A stretch of DNA of 64,000 nt from Mobula hypostoma. Its lineage: Eukaryota. The notes below the pieces were generated by a model. The model had not been told where the DNA came from. It searched no databases and worked only from the letters and a program-made list of their open reading frames with translations. Made by a program: the position numbers and the translations under genes. Shown here one piece after another: positions 1-13,090 of this stretch; within the stretch, counting starts at the first letter, position 1; the number at the start of each line of letters is the position of its first letter. Location of the stretch: assembly GCF_963921235.1 (NCBI RefSeq), contig NC_086108.1, positions 6,696,001 through 6,760,000 on the forward strand, written 5' to 3'.

Positions 1-1737
1 GGACACCCCACTCTGGTCTTCTGCCTGCTCTGGATCTTCTCATTGCTAACTGCTGACAAGACATCAACATCCCGACTTCACTACTCCTCTCTCCAATTCT
101 AATCTCACTCCTTCTGAACGCACTGCTCTCCACTCTCTCTGCACTAATCCTAACCTCACCATCAAGCTTGTCGATAAGGGGAGCACCGTAGTAATCTGGT
201 GGACTGACCTCTCCCTTGCTGAGGCCCAGCGACAACTCTCAGACTCTTCCTCTTACTTCCCCTTTGAACAGGACCCCACTAAGGAGCACCAGGCCATTGT
301 TGCCCACTTCACCACCGACCTTATTGACTCTGGGGACTTCCTATCCACTGCCACCGACCTCATAGTTCCCTTCCCCATGCCTTCTGCTTCTACCTCCTAC
401 CCAAAATCCACAAACCTACCTGTCCAAGTTGACCCATTGTTTCTGCTTGTACCTGCCCCACCAAATTATATCTGCATGCCTCGACTCTGTTTTATCCCCC
501 TTGGTCTGGTCCCTTCCTACCTACATCCGGGACACTTCACACTCTCTTGATCTTTTCAGTGACTTTGTCCAGTACACCTCCACCCTCCATCAGGAGGGCC
601 TCAAAGCTCTCTGCTTCCTTCTGGACACCAGACCCAACTAGTTCCCCTCCACCACAACCAATCTCCTCCATCTGGCAGAACTTGTCCTCACTCTCAATCA
701 TATCTCCTTCAGCTCCTCCCGCTTACTTCAAACCAAAGGTGTAGCCGTGGACGCCCACATGAGTCACAGCTATGTCAGCCTTTTTGACATCTATGTGGTA
801 CAGTCTATGTTCCAAGTCTACACTGGCATCACTCCCCAACTTTTCCTACACTACATCGACGACTGCGTTGGTGCTGCTTCCTGCACCCATACCGAGCTCG
901 TCGACTTCAACAACTTTGCCTCCAAACTTCCACCCTGCCCTCAAATTTACTTGGTCCATTTCTGACACCTCCCTCCCTTTCTCAATCTCTCTATCTCTTT
1001 CCCTGGAGACTATACCATTTCACACACTGTCGCTTGTAAAAATGCCATCCCCTTCTCTCAATTCCTCCACATCCACAACATCTGCTTTCAGGACAAGGTT
1101 TTTTTTATTCCAGAACTTATATGATGTCGTCTTTCTTCAAAGAAAGGGGCTTCCCTTCCTCCACCATCAACGCTGCCCTCAACCGCATCTCTTCCATTTT
1201 ACGCATACCCCATCCTCCTGCCACCACTCCAGGAATAGGGTTCCTCTTGTCCTTGGCTACCACCCCGCTAGCCTCCGCGTCCAGCACATAATTCTCCGTA
1301 ACTTCTGCCATTGCCAGTGGGATCCCACCACCAAGCATGTCTTTTCCTTCCCCCCACTTTCTTGCCCATACGTCCCTCCCCACTGATCTCCCTCCTGGCA
1401 CTTATCCTTGTAAGCACCTACCCCTACACCTACACCTGCCCCTACACCTCCTCCCTCACTACCATTCCGGGCCTCAAGCAGTCCTTCCAGGTGAGCTGAC
1501 ACTTCACCTGTGAGTCTACTGGGGTCATATACTGTATCCGGTGTTCCCAGTGTGCCCTCCTGTACGTCGGTGAGACCCGAGGTAGATTGGGAGACTGCGT
1601 TGATGAACACCTGCACTCTGTCTAGCAGGAAAAACAGTATCTCCTGGTGGCCATTCATTTCAATTCCACTTCCCATTCCCATTCTAACATGTCAGTCCAT
1701 AGCTTTCTCTACTGCTGTGATGAGACCACACTCAGGT
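1..1737 (+). mobile_element. Penelope-like element (Neptune-type), degraded RT + GIY-YIG endonuclease
   Basis: RT fragments such as LFLHYIDDCVGAASC (ORF 747-965). From ~1503 one frame reads FTCESTGVIYCIRCSQCALLYVGETRGRL (GIY-YIG with CxxC). Many stops and frameshifts. Confidence 0.85.
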
Positions 1738-1744
1738 TACACCG

Positions 1745-2815
1745 TTAGACATAGGAGCTGAATTATGCCATTCAGCTCTGCATTCCATCATGGCTGATCC
1801 CGGATCCCACTCAACCCCATACACCTACTTTCTCACCATATCCTTTGATGCCCTGACCAATTAGAAAACTATAAACTTCCACCTTAAGTATACCCACAGA
1901 CTTGGCCTTACCCGCACTCTGTGGCAGAGCATTCCACAGATTCAATACTCTTTCGCTAAAAAAATCCCTCCTTACCTCTGTTCTAAAAGGTCACCCCTGA
2001 ATTTTGAGGCTGTGATGCCCACACCATAGGAAACATCCTCTCCACACCTGCTCAATCTAGTCCTTTCAACATTCGGTAGGTTTCAATGAGATCACCACGC
2101 ATTCTTCTAAATTCCAGTGCGTACAGGCCCAAAACTGCCAAATGCTCTTCATATGTTAACCCCATTCATTCCTGGAATCATCCTTGTGAACCTCCTCTAG
2201 ACTCTGTCCAAAGACAAGATTCAAGATTCAAGATTCAAAAAACTTTATTGTCATTCTAACCGTACATCAGCTCTGCAGGGCAGAATGAGACAACATTTCT
2301 CAGGAGCAGTGCAATCATAACATAACAAACGCAACACTAAATAATAAACATAACAATAAATAGTAAAACACAGCAGCCACATGTCTGTTAAAATCAAGTT
2401 ATAAGTGTCCAGTGTGTGTTAAAAGTGTCCAAAGCAGAGTCAGGTAGAGCAGCTATTTAGCAGTCTGACTGCCTGTGGGAGGAAGCTGTTTAGTAGCCTT
2501 GTGGTTTTAGTTTTGATGTTTGCCTGATGGCCGAAGAACAAACAGTTCATGGAGAGGGTGTGAGGGGTCTTTAATGATGTACCGTGTCTTCTGGAGGCAT
2601 CGACTCTGAAAGAGGTCTTGGACAGAAGGTAGGGAGACCCCAATAACCTTCTCTGCTCCCCTAATCACCCTCTGCAAGGCTTTTTTGTCGATCCTTTCTG
2701 AGATATGGGGTGCAAACCTGTTGACAATATTCCAAATGTGGCCTGAACAATGTCTTATAAAGCCTCAGCATTATGTCCCTGCTTTTATATTCTGTTCTTC
2801 TTGAAATAAGTGCCA
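1745..2815 (-). mobile_element. CR1 LINE 3' fragment, interrupted by a Rex1/Babar-type 3' fragment (~2215-2690, (ATTCAAG)n tail)
   Basis: Resembles the 3' ends of the longer CR1 copies in this window. The insert encodes KTKTTRLLNSFLPQAVRLLN (ORF 2440-2643). Confidence 0.65.
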
Positions 2816-3179
2816 ATATTGAACTGAACTAAACTGGACGCTCTTAGATGCCTTCAAGGACTCTGCGGTTTGATGTTTAATATTCTGTGTGATATTCACT
2901 CATTTTTTGCCATTCTGTCCCAAAATGTCAACTGTTTATTCCCCCCCAGAATGCCACCTGGCTTGCTGAGTTCCTCCAGCATTCTGTGTTTCCAGTATCT
3001 ACAGAATTCCTTGTGTTTATGATCCAACTGTGGGATCTGCAGAGTGAACCTCCTGCAGCCCACCACAAAACAAGCCATTGCCAGGGGCCTGGCCAGTGGC
3101 TGAGGCATTACTCCCAGACCAACAGCATGGATTAAATCCATCAAAGTAGGGGCCTGTGCATCTGAGAGACTTCCAAGAG

Positions 3180-3575
3180 GACCTCAACCTTGTCGTCGGG
3201 TTTGGAGGCTTGCGTGCCTCAGTGACCCGGAGAGCTATGCTGGCCAGAGTAAAGGCTTTATGCTTTGGCTCTTGGTAGGGTCACCTTTGCCAAACAGGTC
3301 GAAGGGTAGAGGGCAGACTAAGAGCGGTCCACGGGTGTTCCAGGTTCCTGGGTTCAGCTCAGGGCTAACAACCCTGACTGGTTGGAAGCTAATTGTCACG
3401 GAAGCAGCAGTGAAGGATCCTTCTATATCTGTGCGTAACGGTATTCCTCAGTCTCCACCCGGAACCTGCATGGCCAACAGGAGGGAAAACCAAGCTACTG
3501 ACACCCTGAACACTGCCAGAGATGGGGGAGTTTCGTTGCTGCCCCAAATGCCAGTGACTTAACGGGCAGTAGAGA
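3180..3575 (+). mobile_element. Internally deleted RTE (Rex3/Expander-like) non-autonomous element
   Basis: An RTE-like 5' region (gacccggagagctatg...gggtcacc...aaacaggtc) joined to an RTE-like 3' end (gttgctgccccaaatgccag...aacgggcagta), which also ends the RTE fragment near 42900. Confidence 0.5.
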
Positions 3576-3649
3576 GCAATGTATAAAGTACTGAGCTTCG
3601 CGTTCAACAGAGCTCAGTGGAGTGATACCTTTTGTTCCCACATCGCGAA

Positions 3650-4135
3650 GTTCAAAGTTCAAAAGTAAATTTATTATCATAGTACATATATGTCACCATA
3701 TACAACCCAGAGATTCATTTTCTTGTGGGCATTCTCAATAAATCCATAGAATAATAACCATCAGAATTGCCCAATCAGAGTACAGAAGACAACAAACTGA
3801 GCAACTACAAAGAGAAGAAATAATAATAATAAATAAACAAGCAATAAATATCGAGAACATGAGTCCTTGAAAGTGGGTCTGTTGGTTGTGGGAACATTTC
3901 AATGATGGGACAAATGAAGTTGAGTGAAGTTATCCCCTTTGGTTCAAGAGCCTGATTGTTGAGGGGTAATAACTGCTCCTGAACCTGATGGTGCGAGTCC
4001 TGAGGCTCTTGTACCTTCTTTCTGATGGCAGCAGCGAGACAAGAGCATATTCCAGGTGCTGGGGGTTCTTGCTGATGGCTGCTACTTTCCTGCGACAACA
4101 TTTGTGTAGGTGTGCTCAATGGTGGAGAGGACTAC
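3650..4135 (-). mobile_element. Rex1/Babar-type LINE 3' fragment (abundant family with a GAACTTT-type tail)
   Basis: Motif catcaggttcaggagcagttattacccctcaac plus a 3' UTR ending ...tttactttgaactttg. Related copies occur at ~4275-4757, 11240-11830, 25975-26480, 33900-34560, 35255-36930 and 46815-48015. Confidence 0.7.
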
Positions 4136-4951
4136 GTATATAAGGTCTGATAGCAGCTGCCCTTATTTATGTTGCTGAGAATACACCAATCATCACTGTA
4201 CCCTGTTCCCTCATGGGCAGTCCTATTGAAGGGCCTTGGCCTGAAACATCTTTATTCCTCTCCATAGGTGCTCCCTGACCTGCTGAGTTCCTCCAGCATT
4301 TTGTGTGATATGTCGCTATAAGTAGCATATCTACATGAAACACTGTCGTAGGAAAGCAGCATCCATCATCAGAGATCCCCACCACCCAGGTCATGCTCTC
4401 TTCTCGCTGCTGCCATCAGGTAGCAGCTATGAGAGCCTCAGGACTCGCACCACCAGGTTCAGGAACAGTTACTACCCCTCAGTCAGCAGGTTCTTGAACA
4501 AAGGATTTAACTGCACTCACTTGCCCATCCATTGAGATGTTCCCACAACCAATGATCTCACTGTAAGTGTTCATTAGCTTGTTAATTCATGTTCTCATTA
4601 TTTATTGCTATTTATTTATTTTTGCATTTGCACAGTTTGTTGTCTTCTGTACTCGAGTTGATCTTTCATTGATCCTGTTACAGTTACTATTCTATAGATT
4701 TACTGGGTATGCCCACAGGAAAATGAATTTCAGGGTTGTAAATGGTGACATATATGTCTGTTGTTCAGTCGTTAAGTTGAGTCCGACTCTTTGTCACCTC
4801 ATGGACTCCTGCACACCAAGCCCTCTTGTTGGAAATGGCCTCTCTAAGACCTCCAAGGTCATACGCATTGTCTGAGTGATATTATCTATCCATCATAGCC
4901 TCTGTCGTCCTCTCCTTCTTTTACTTTCTCTTTTACCTAAAATGAGAGTCT

Positions 4952-7900
4952 TAGAAACATAAAAACATAGAAAACCTACAGCACAATACAGGCCCTTTGG
5001 CCCACAAAGTTGTGTCGAACATGTCCCTACCTTAGAAATTACTAGGGTTACCCATAGCCCTCTATTTTTCTAAGCTCCATGAACTTACACAAAAGTCACT
5101 TAAAAGACCCTATCGTATCCGCCTCCACCACCACCGGCAGTCCATTCCACGCACTCACCACTCTCTGCGTACAAAACTTACCCCTGACATCTCCTCTGTA
5201 CCTGCTTCCAAGCATCTTAAAACTGTGCCCTCTCGTGCTAGCCATTTCAGCCCTGGGAAAAAGCCTCTGACTATCCACACGACCAATGTCTCTCATCATC
5301 TTATACACCTCTATCAGGTCACCTCTCATCCTCCGTCGCTCCAAGGAGAAAAGGTTGAGTTCACTCAACCTGTTTTCATAAGACATGCTCCCCAATCCAG
5401 GCAACTTACTTGTAAGTCTCTTTCACACCCATTCTATGGTTTCCACATCCTTCCAGTAGTGAGGCGATCAGAATGAAGCACAGTACTCCAAGTGGAGTCT
5501 GACCAGGGTCCTATATAGCTGCAACATTACCTCTCGGCACCTAAATTCAATTCCACGATTGATGAAGGCCAATACACCATATGCCTTCTTAACCAGAGTC
5601 AACCTGTGCAGCTGCTTTGAGCAGCCAATGTGCTCAGACCCCAGGGTCCCTCTGATCCTCCACACTGCCAAGAGTCTTACCATTAATACTATATTCTGCC
5701 ATCATATTTGACCTTCCAAAATGAACCACCTCACACTTATCTGGGTTGAACTCCATCTGCCACTTCTCAGCCCAATTTTGCATCCTATCAATGTCCCACT
5801 GTAACTTCTGACAGCCCTCCACACTATCCACAACACCCCCAACCTTTGTGTCATCAGCAAACTTACTAACCCATCCCTCCACTTTCTCATCCAGGTCATT
5901 TACAAAAATCACGAAGAGTAAGGGTCCCAGAACAGATCCCTGAGACATACCACTGGTCACCGACCTCCATGCAGAATATGACCCGTCTACAACCACTCTC
6001 TGCCTTCTGTGGGCAAGCCAGTTCTGGATCCACAAAGCAATGTCCCCTTGAATCCCATGCCTCCTTACTTTCTCAATAAGCCTTGCATGGAATATCTTAT
6101 CAAATGCCTTGCTGAAATCCATATACACTACATCTACTGCTCTTCCTTCATCAATGTGTTTAGTCACATCCTCAAAAAATTCACTCAGGCTCATAAGGCA
6201 CGACCTGCTCTTGACAAAGTCATGCTGAGTATTCCTGACCATATTATACCTCTCCAAATGTTCATAAATCCTGCCTCTCAGGATCTTCTCCATCAACTTA
6301 CCAACCACTGAAGTAAGACTCACTGGTCTATAATTTCCTGGGCTATCTCTACTCCCTTTCTTGAATAAGGGAACAACATCCGCAACCCTCCAATGCTCCA
6401 GAACCTCTCCCGTTCCCATTGATGATGCAAAGGTCATCGCCAGAGGCTCAGCAATCGCCTCCCTCACCTCCCACAGTAGCCTGGGGTACATCTCATCGAG
6501 TCCCGGCGACTTATACAACTTGATACTTTCCAAAAGCTCCAGCACATCCTCTTTCTTAATATCTACATGCTCAAGAGTTTCAGTCCACTACAAGTCATCA
6601 CTACAATCACCAAGATCCTTTTCCATAGTGAATACTGAAGTAAAGAATTCATTAAGTACCTCTGCTATTTCCTCCGGTTCCATACACACTTTCCCACTGT
6701 CACACTTGATAGGTCCTATTTTTTCACGTCTTATCATCTTGCTCTTCACATACTTGTAGAATGTCTTGGGGTTTTCCTTAATTCTGGCTTTCTCATGGCC
6801 CTTTCTGGCTCTCCTAATTTCCTTCTTAAGCTCCTTCCTGTTAGCCTTATAATCGTCTAGATCTCTAACATTACCTAGCTCTCTGAACCTTTCCTAAGCT
6901 TTTCTTTTCTTCTTGACTAGATTCATTACAGCCTTTGTACACCACGGTTCCTGTACCCTACCAAACTTCCCTATCTCATTGGAATGTACCTATGCAGAAC
7001 TCCACACAAATATCCCCTGAACATTTGCCACATTTCTTCCGTACCTTTCCGTGAGAACATCTGTTCCCAATTTAAGCTTCCAATTTCCTGCCTGATAGCC
7101 TCATAATTCCCCTTACTCCAATTAAACGCTTTTCTAACTTGTCTGGTCTTATTTCTCTCCAATGCTATTGCAAAGGAGTTAGAATTATGATCACATCTCC
7201 AAAATGCTCTCCCACTGAGAGATCTGACACCTGACCAGGTTTATTTCCCAATACTAAATCAAGTACAGTCTCTCTTCTTGTAGGCTTGTCTACATATTGT
7301 GCCAAGAAACCTTCCTGAACACACCTATCAAACTCCACCCCATCTAAACCCTTGCTCTAGGGATATGCCAATTGATATTTGGGAAATTAAAATCTCCCAC
7401 CATGACAACTCTATTATTATTACACCTTTCCAGGATCAGTTTCCCTACCTGCCCCTCCATATCCCTGTTACTATTGGGCGGCCTATAAAAAACACCCAGT
7501 AGAGTTATTGACCCCTTCCTGTTCCTAACCTCCACACACAGAGACTCCGTAGACAATCCCTCCATAGCGTCCACCTTTTCCGCAGCCGTGACACTATCTC
7601 TGATCAACAGTGCCACACCCCCACCTCTTTTGCCTCCCTCCCTGTCCTTTCTGAAACATCTAAAACCCGGCACTTGAAGTAACCATTCCTGCCTCTGAGC
7701 TATCCAAGTCTCTGTAATGGCCACCACATCATAGCTCCAAGTACTGATCCACGCTCTAAGCTCATCTGCTTTGTTCACAATACTCCTTGCGTTAAAATAG
7801 ACACATCTCAAACCGTCGGTCTGAGCGCGTCCCTTCTCTATCACCTGCCTATCCTCCCTCATACACTGTCTCCAAGCTTTCTCTATTTGTGAGCCAACCT

Positions 7901-8680
7901 CCTCTTCCCCTGCCTTCTCATTTCGGTTCCCACCCCCCAACAATTCTAGTTTAAACTCTCCCCAGAAGGCTTGGCAAATCTCCCCGCCAGGATATTGGTC
8001 CCCCTGGGATTCACGTGCAACCTGTCCTTTTTGTACAGGTCACACCTGCCCTAAAAGAGGTCCTAATGATCCAGAAATCTGAATCCCTGCCCCCTGCTCC
8101 GATCCCTCAGCCACGCATTTATCCTCCACCTCATTCTATTCCTATACTCACTGTCGCGTGGCACAGGCAGTAATCCCGAGATTACTACCTTTGCTGTCCT
8201 GCTTCTCAACTTCCTTCCTAACTTCCTGTAGTCTGTTTTCAGGACCCCTTCCCTTTTTCTACCTATGTCATTGGTACCAATATGTACCACGACCTCTGGC
8301 TGTTCTCCCTCCCTTGGACGCGATCTAAAACATCCCGGACCCTGGCACCTGGGAGGCAAGCTACCATCCAAGTTTCTTTCCTGCGTTCACAGAATCACCT
8401 GTCCGACCCCCTAACTATAGGGTCCCCTATCACTACTGCCTTCCTCTTCTTTTCCCTACCCTTCTGAGCCACAGGGCCAGACTCTGTGCCGGAGGCACGG
8501 CCACTGTTGCTTCCCCCAGGTAGGCTGTCCCGCCCAACAGTACTGAAACAGGAGTACTTATTGTTCAGGGGGACAGCCACAGGGGTACTCTTTAGTACCT
8601 GACTCTTCCCCTTCCCCCTCCGGACTGTGACCCACTTGTCTGTCTCCCGTGGCCCTGGTGTGACCATCTCCTTTCTATCA
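4952..8680 (-). mobile_element. CR1 LINE, long 5'-truncated copy (ORF1 SGNH esterase part, ORF2 APE + RT), nested in the RTE
   Basis: ORF1 VVIGDPIVRGSDR and PEVVVHIGTND; APE YFNARSIVNK...VAITETW...VGDFNFP (7344-7943); RT YMDFSKAFD...QGSVLGPLLF...KFADDTK (5634-6545); (AGAAACAT)n-type tail at ~4952-4975. Confidence 0.93.
5634..6545 (-). pseudogene. CR1 ORF2 reverse transcriptase remnant (303-aa open stretch)
   Basis: Non-LTR RT motifs PGNYRPVSLTSVVGKLMEKI, DFSKAFD and FADD. The flanks carry stops and frameshifts. Confidence 0.9.
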
Positions 8681-9493
8681 CCTCCTGTCTTCTCATGATT
8701 GGCCAAAATATTTGAGCTTTTGTCGCATAATCAAGCCTCGTAGTGAGCAGTCTGGCCGTATTCCTTCAAGTATTGACTTGTTGGATCTTCTTGCTGACCA
8801 ACAAACTCCTAACGCTTTTCTCCAGTATCCAAGTTCAAAGGCGTCGATTCTTCTGTATTCAGCCTTACTAACAGTCCAGCTCTCACAGACATACATCACA
8901 ACTGGAAATACTATAGACTCGACTATACGGATCTTCACTGACAATGTTATGTCTCTGCTCTTCAGTATTTTGTTTAAATTTGCCATTGCTGACCTCCACA
9001 GAAGTAAGTGCTGTTTAATTTCATGGTGGCAGTTAACATCTATAGAAATCTTTGAACCTAGGAAGATAAACTCCATCACTGCCTCCACTTCCTTTCCATT
9101 TATTAGCACAGAGACAATAGGGCTGGTCGACATAATCTTGGTTTTCTTAATATTGAGCAACAAGCCAGCTTTTGCACTTTCTTCTTTCACTTTGATTAGA
9201 AGCTTCCTCAGATCCTCCTCACTTTCAGCCATTAGAGTAGTATTGTCTGCTTATCTGACGTTGTTAATATTTTGTCCAGCAATTTTGACTCCAACATTTG
9301 AGTCCTCTGGACCAGCATTCCTCATGATATGTTCAGCATATAGTTTAAATAAGCAGGGTGACGGTATGCAGCCCTGTCGTACTCCTTTCCCAATCTTGAA
9401 CCAGTTTGTCATTCTGTGTTCAGTTCTAACTGTTGCTTCTTGATCTTCGTACTAGTTTCTCATAAAGCAGATCAGACGTCCAGATATCCCCAT

Positions 9494-9620
9494 TTAGAAA
9501 CATAGAAACATAGAAAATAGGTGCAGGAGTAGGCCATTCGGCCCTTCGAGCCTGCACCGCCATTTATTATGATCATGGCTGATCATCCAACTCAGAACCC
9601 AGCCTTCCCTCCATACCCCG
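9494..9620 (-). mobile_element. Short CR1 3'-end insertion in the RTE
   Basis: (AGAAACAT)2 tail plus the CR1 3' UTR gtaggccattcggcccttcgagcctg. A similar piece lies at ~49550-49725. Confidence 0.7.
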
Positions 9621-9878
9621 TTCTTTAAGGATTTGCAATAGTTTATTGTGGTCAACACTGTCGAAGGCTTTAGAGCAGTCAATAAAACATCGATAAATAC
9701 TTTGCTGGAATTCTCTTGATTTCTCCATTATCCAGCGTAGGTTAGCAATTTGGTCTCTGGTGCCCCTGCCTCTTCTAAAACCAGTTTGTACATCTGGCAG
9801 TTCTCGTTCCATATATTGCTGGAGTCTTGCTTGCATGATCTTTAGCATTACCTTGCTAGCATGTGAAATTCGTGAAAT

Positions 9879-10240
9879 TAGTCATAGTCATAGTCATAGT
9901 CATAGTCATAGTCATACTTTATTGATCCTGGGGGAAATTGGTTTTCGTTACAGTTGCACCATAAATAATAAGTAGTAATAAAACCATAAATAGTTAAATA
10001 GTAATATGTAAATTATGCCAGGAAATAAGTCCAGGACCAGCCTATTGGCTCAGAGTGTCTGACCCTCCAAGGGAGGAGTTGTAAAGTTTGATGGCCACAG
10101 AATGACTTCCTATGACACTCAGTGTTGCATCTCGGTGGAATGAGTCTCTGGCTGAATGTACTCCTGTGCCCAACCAGTACATTATGTAGTGGATGGGAGA
10201 TATTGTCCAAGATGGCATGCAATTTGGACAGCATCCTCTT
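9879..10240 (-). mobile_element. Rex1/Babar-type 3' fragment with (TAGTCA)n microsatellite tail
   Basis: ILDNISHPLH...STFSQRLIPPRC (ORF 10013-10234); hexamer array at ~9879-9915. Confidence 0.7.
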
Positions 10241-12760
10241 TGTTCAGTAATTTGAATGTTCTTTTATACTTTTCTTCTTGGGAATTGGGATATAAACTGA
10301 TCTTTTCCAATCTAAAGGCCATTGTTGGGTTTTCCAGTTCTGCTGGCAAATAGCATGCAACACTTTTACAGCATCACTTTATCAAGTTTTAAACAATTCA
10401 GCTGGAATCCTGTCACACACTGCAGTCTTATTATTGGCAATGTTTTCTGTCGCTCATTCGACTTCACTTTCCAGAATGTCTGGCTCTAGATCAATAAGGA
10501 AGTCATTGCAGGTATCTTCGCTGTTGGGATCTTTCCTGTACAATTCTTCCCTGTATTCCTGCCATCTCTTTTTGATGCCTTCTGCTTCTGTGAGGTCCTT
10601 CCCTTCTTTGTATTTTACTATACTCGTTTTTGCATGTTATGTTCCTTTGATTTCTCTAATCTTCTTGAATAGATCTCTTGTTTTTCCAGTTCTGTTGGCT
10701 TCTTCAGCTTCGTTGTATCGCTCCTTTGAATAAGTTTCCTTATCTTTCCTTGCTATCTTCTTGAACTTTTCATTCAGTTGGAGGTATTCATTCCAATCTC
10801 CATTGGCCATCACTTCTCTTCACTGCTCCGCCACTTGAAGAGCCTCCGCAGAACGCCATTTTGCTCTCCTGATCTTTTTGTTTGCAATATTTTTGTTGCC
10901 ACCTCTTGCATAATGCTCCTTACTTCTATCCATAGATGCCAAAGAGGATGAAATTATCCAATTTTATGAAGAACTGCAGCACCTCCTGGATATGACACCA
11001 AAAAAGGATGTTACATTTATCATTGGAGACTTCAATGCCGCAGTTGAAAACCACAGAATGCCTAGAGTAATGGGCAACTTTGGCCTTGGGGTATGAATGA
11101 AGCAGGACATCGACTGGTAGAATTTTGCCAAATTAGCTCTCTGGTTATAGCAAATACCTCTTCCAACAGCCGAAGAGGTGGGTCTATACATGGACATATA
11201 TGTACTTTGATAATAAAATTTACTTTGAACTTCAAACAGACTGTATGTTGTGTATTTAATATTGATTGGTTGCATCACAGCTTGGTATGGAAACGCCAAT
11301 GCCCTTGAACGGAAAAACCTACAATAAGTAGCAGACACAGCCCAGTCCATCACAGGCAAAGCACTGAGCACATCTACACAGAGCGCCGTGGCAGGAAAGC
11401 AGCACCCATCGTCAGGGACCGCCCCCCACCCCCGCCACCCAGGTCATGCTCTCTCCTCACCACCGCCATTCCGAAAAAGGTACAGAGGCCTCACGACTCG
11501 CACCACCAGCTTCAGGAATAGTTACTACACCTCAACCATCAGGCTCTTGAACCAGTGAGACAATTTCACGCAACTTCACTTGCCCCATCACTGAACTGCT
11601 CCTACAACCTATGGACTCAGTTTCAAGGATCCTTTATCTCATGTTCTCGATATTTATTGTTTATTTATTGATTATTATTTCATTTGTATATTTTTTGTTT
11701 TTTCAGTTTGTTGTCCTTTGCACATGGGTTGTTTGTCCGTCCTGTTGGGTGTGGTCTTTCATTTATTCTATTGAGGTTCTTGGATTTACGGAGTATGCCC
11801 ACAAGAAAGTGAATCTCAGGGTTGTATATAAAAACATAGAAACACAGAAAACCTACAGCAAAATACAGGTCCTTCGGCCCACAAAGCTGTGCCGAACATG
11901 TCCCTACCTTAGAACTACCTAGGCTTACCCACAGCCCTCTATTTTTCTAAGCTCCATGCATCCATCCAGCAGTCTTTAAAAGGCCCTATTGTTTCCGCCT
12001 CCACCACTGCCGCCGGCAGCCCATTCCACACACTCACCACTCTCTGCATAAAAAGCTTACTCCTGGCATCTCCTCTGTACCTACTTCCAAGCACCTAAAA
12101 CTATGCCCTCTCATGCTAGCCATTTCAGCCCTAGGAAACAGCCTCTGACTATCCACACGATCAATGCCTCTCATCATCGTATACACCTCTATCAGGTCAC
12201 CTCTCATCCTCCGTCGCCCCAAGGAGAAAAGGCCGAGTTCACTCAACCTATTTCATAAGGCATGCTTGCCAATCCAGACAACATCCTTGTAAATCTCCTC
12301 TGCACCCTTTCTATAGTTTCCATATCCTTCCTGTAGTGAGGCGACCGGAACTGAGCACAGTACTCCAAGTGGGGCCTGACCAGGATCCTACATAGCTGCA
12401 ACATTACCCCTCGGCTCTTAAACTCAATCACACGATTGATGAAGGCCAATGCACCATATGCCTTCTTAACCACAGAATCAACCTGCACAGCAGCTTTGAG
12501 CGTCCTATAGACACAGACCCCAAGATCCCTCTGATCCTCCACACTGCCAAGAGTCTTACCATATTATGCCATCATATTTGACCAACCAAAATGAACCACC
12601 TCACACTTATCTGGGTTGAACTCCATCTGTCACTTCTCAGCCCAATTATGCTTCCTATCAATGTCCTACTGTAACCTCTGACAGTCCTCCACACTATCCA
12701 CAACACCTCCAACCTTTGTGTCATCAGCAAATTTACTAAGCCATCCCTTCACTTCCTCAT

Positions 12761-12988
12761 TGAAGCACCTTCAATTACTCCAAAAGACTGAGGTTTGGTA
12801 AAATACTGAAAGGCTTTTATTCGCTGTACAATATGACTTCCACGGTGAGTGTCTGCCCCCGGACTGAGGCGAGGGGCAAGGCGAACACCTTTATACAGGA
12901 CTCTGTGGGAGGAGCCACAGGGGCAGTCAGCAGAGGGGTGTGTCCAGACAGGTAACCGAGTTACAACATATATACATGGTTTACCACA
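12761..12988 (-). repeat. Gypsy 3' LTR (228 bp)
   Basis: Direct repeat of 17016-17245. On the element strand it has TATAAA followed by AATAAA. Confidence 0.97.
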
Positions 12989-13006
12989 TTCACCCCTCCT
13001 TTTTTT
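12989..13006 (-). other. Polypurine tract (PPT)
   Basis: Element strand reads AAAAAAAGGAGGGGTGAA immediately before the TG of the 3' LTR. Confidence 0.85.
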
Positions 13007-13090
13007 AAAAAGAGTCCCGCGGGGTGAAGTGACTGACAATATTTACAAGAAGTATATTTACAGGTTAAGTCTATCAGGCGGTCGAGTCCA

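Larger units (their letters stand above)
4758..11192 (-). mobile_element. BovB-like RTE LINE with 5' inversion, fragmented by later insertions
   Basis: RT C-terminus MAESEEDLRKLLIKVKEESAKAGLLLNIKKTKIM (8693-9232); ELPDVQTGFRRGRGTRDQIANLRWIMEK (9573-9848); BovB-like 3' end gttcagtcg...gtccgactctttg at ~4762; inverted APE segment 10935-11192; TSD GACATATATGT at 4747-4757 and 11193-11203. Confidence 0.85.

Noticed and set aside
8712..9443. 243-aa plus-strand ORF
   Set aside because: Antisense shadow of the RTE RT frame.
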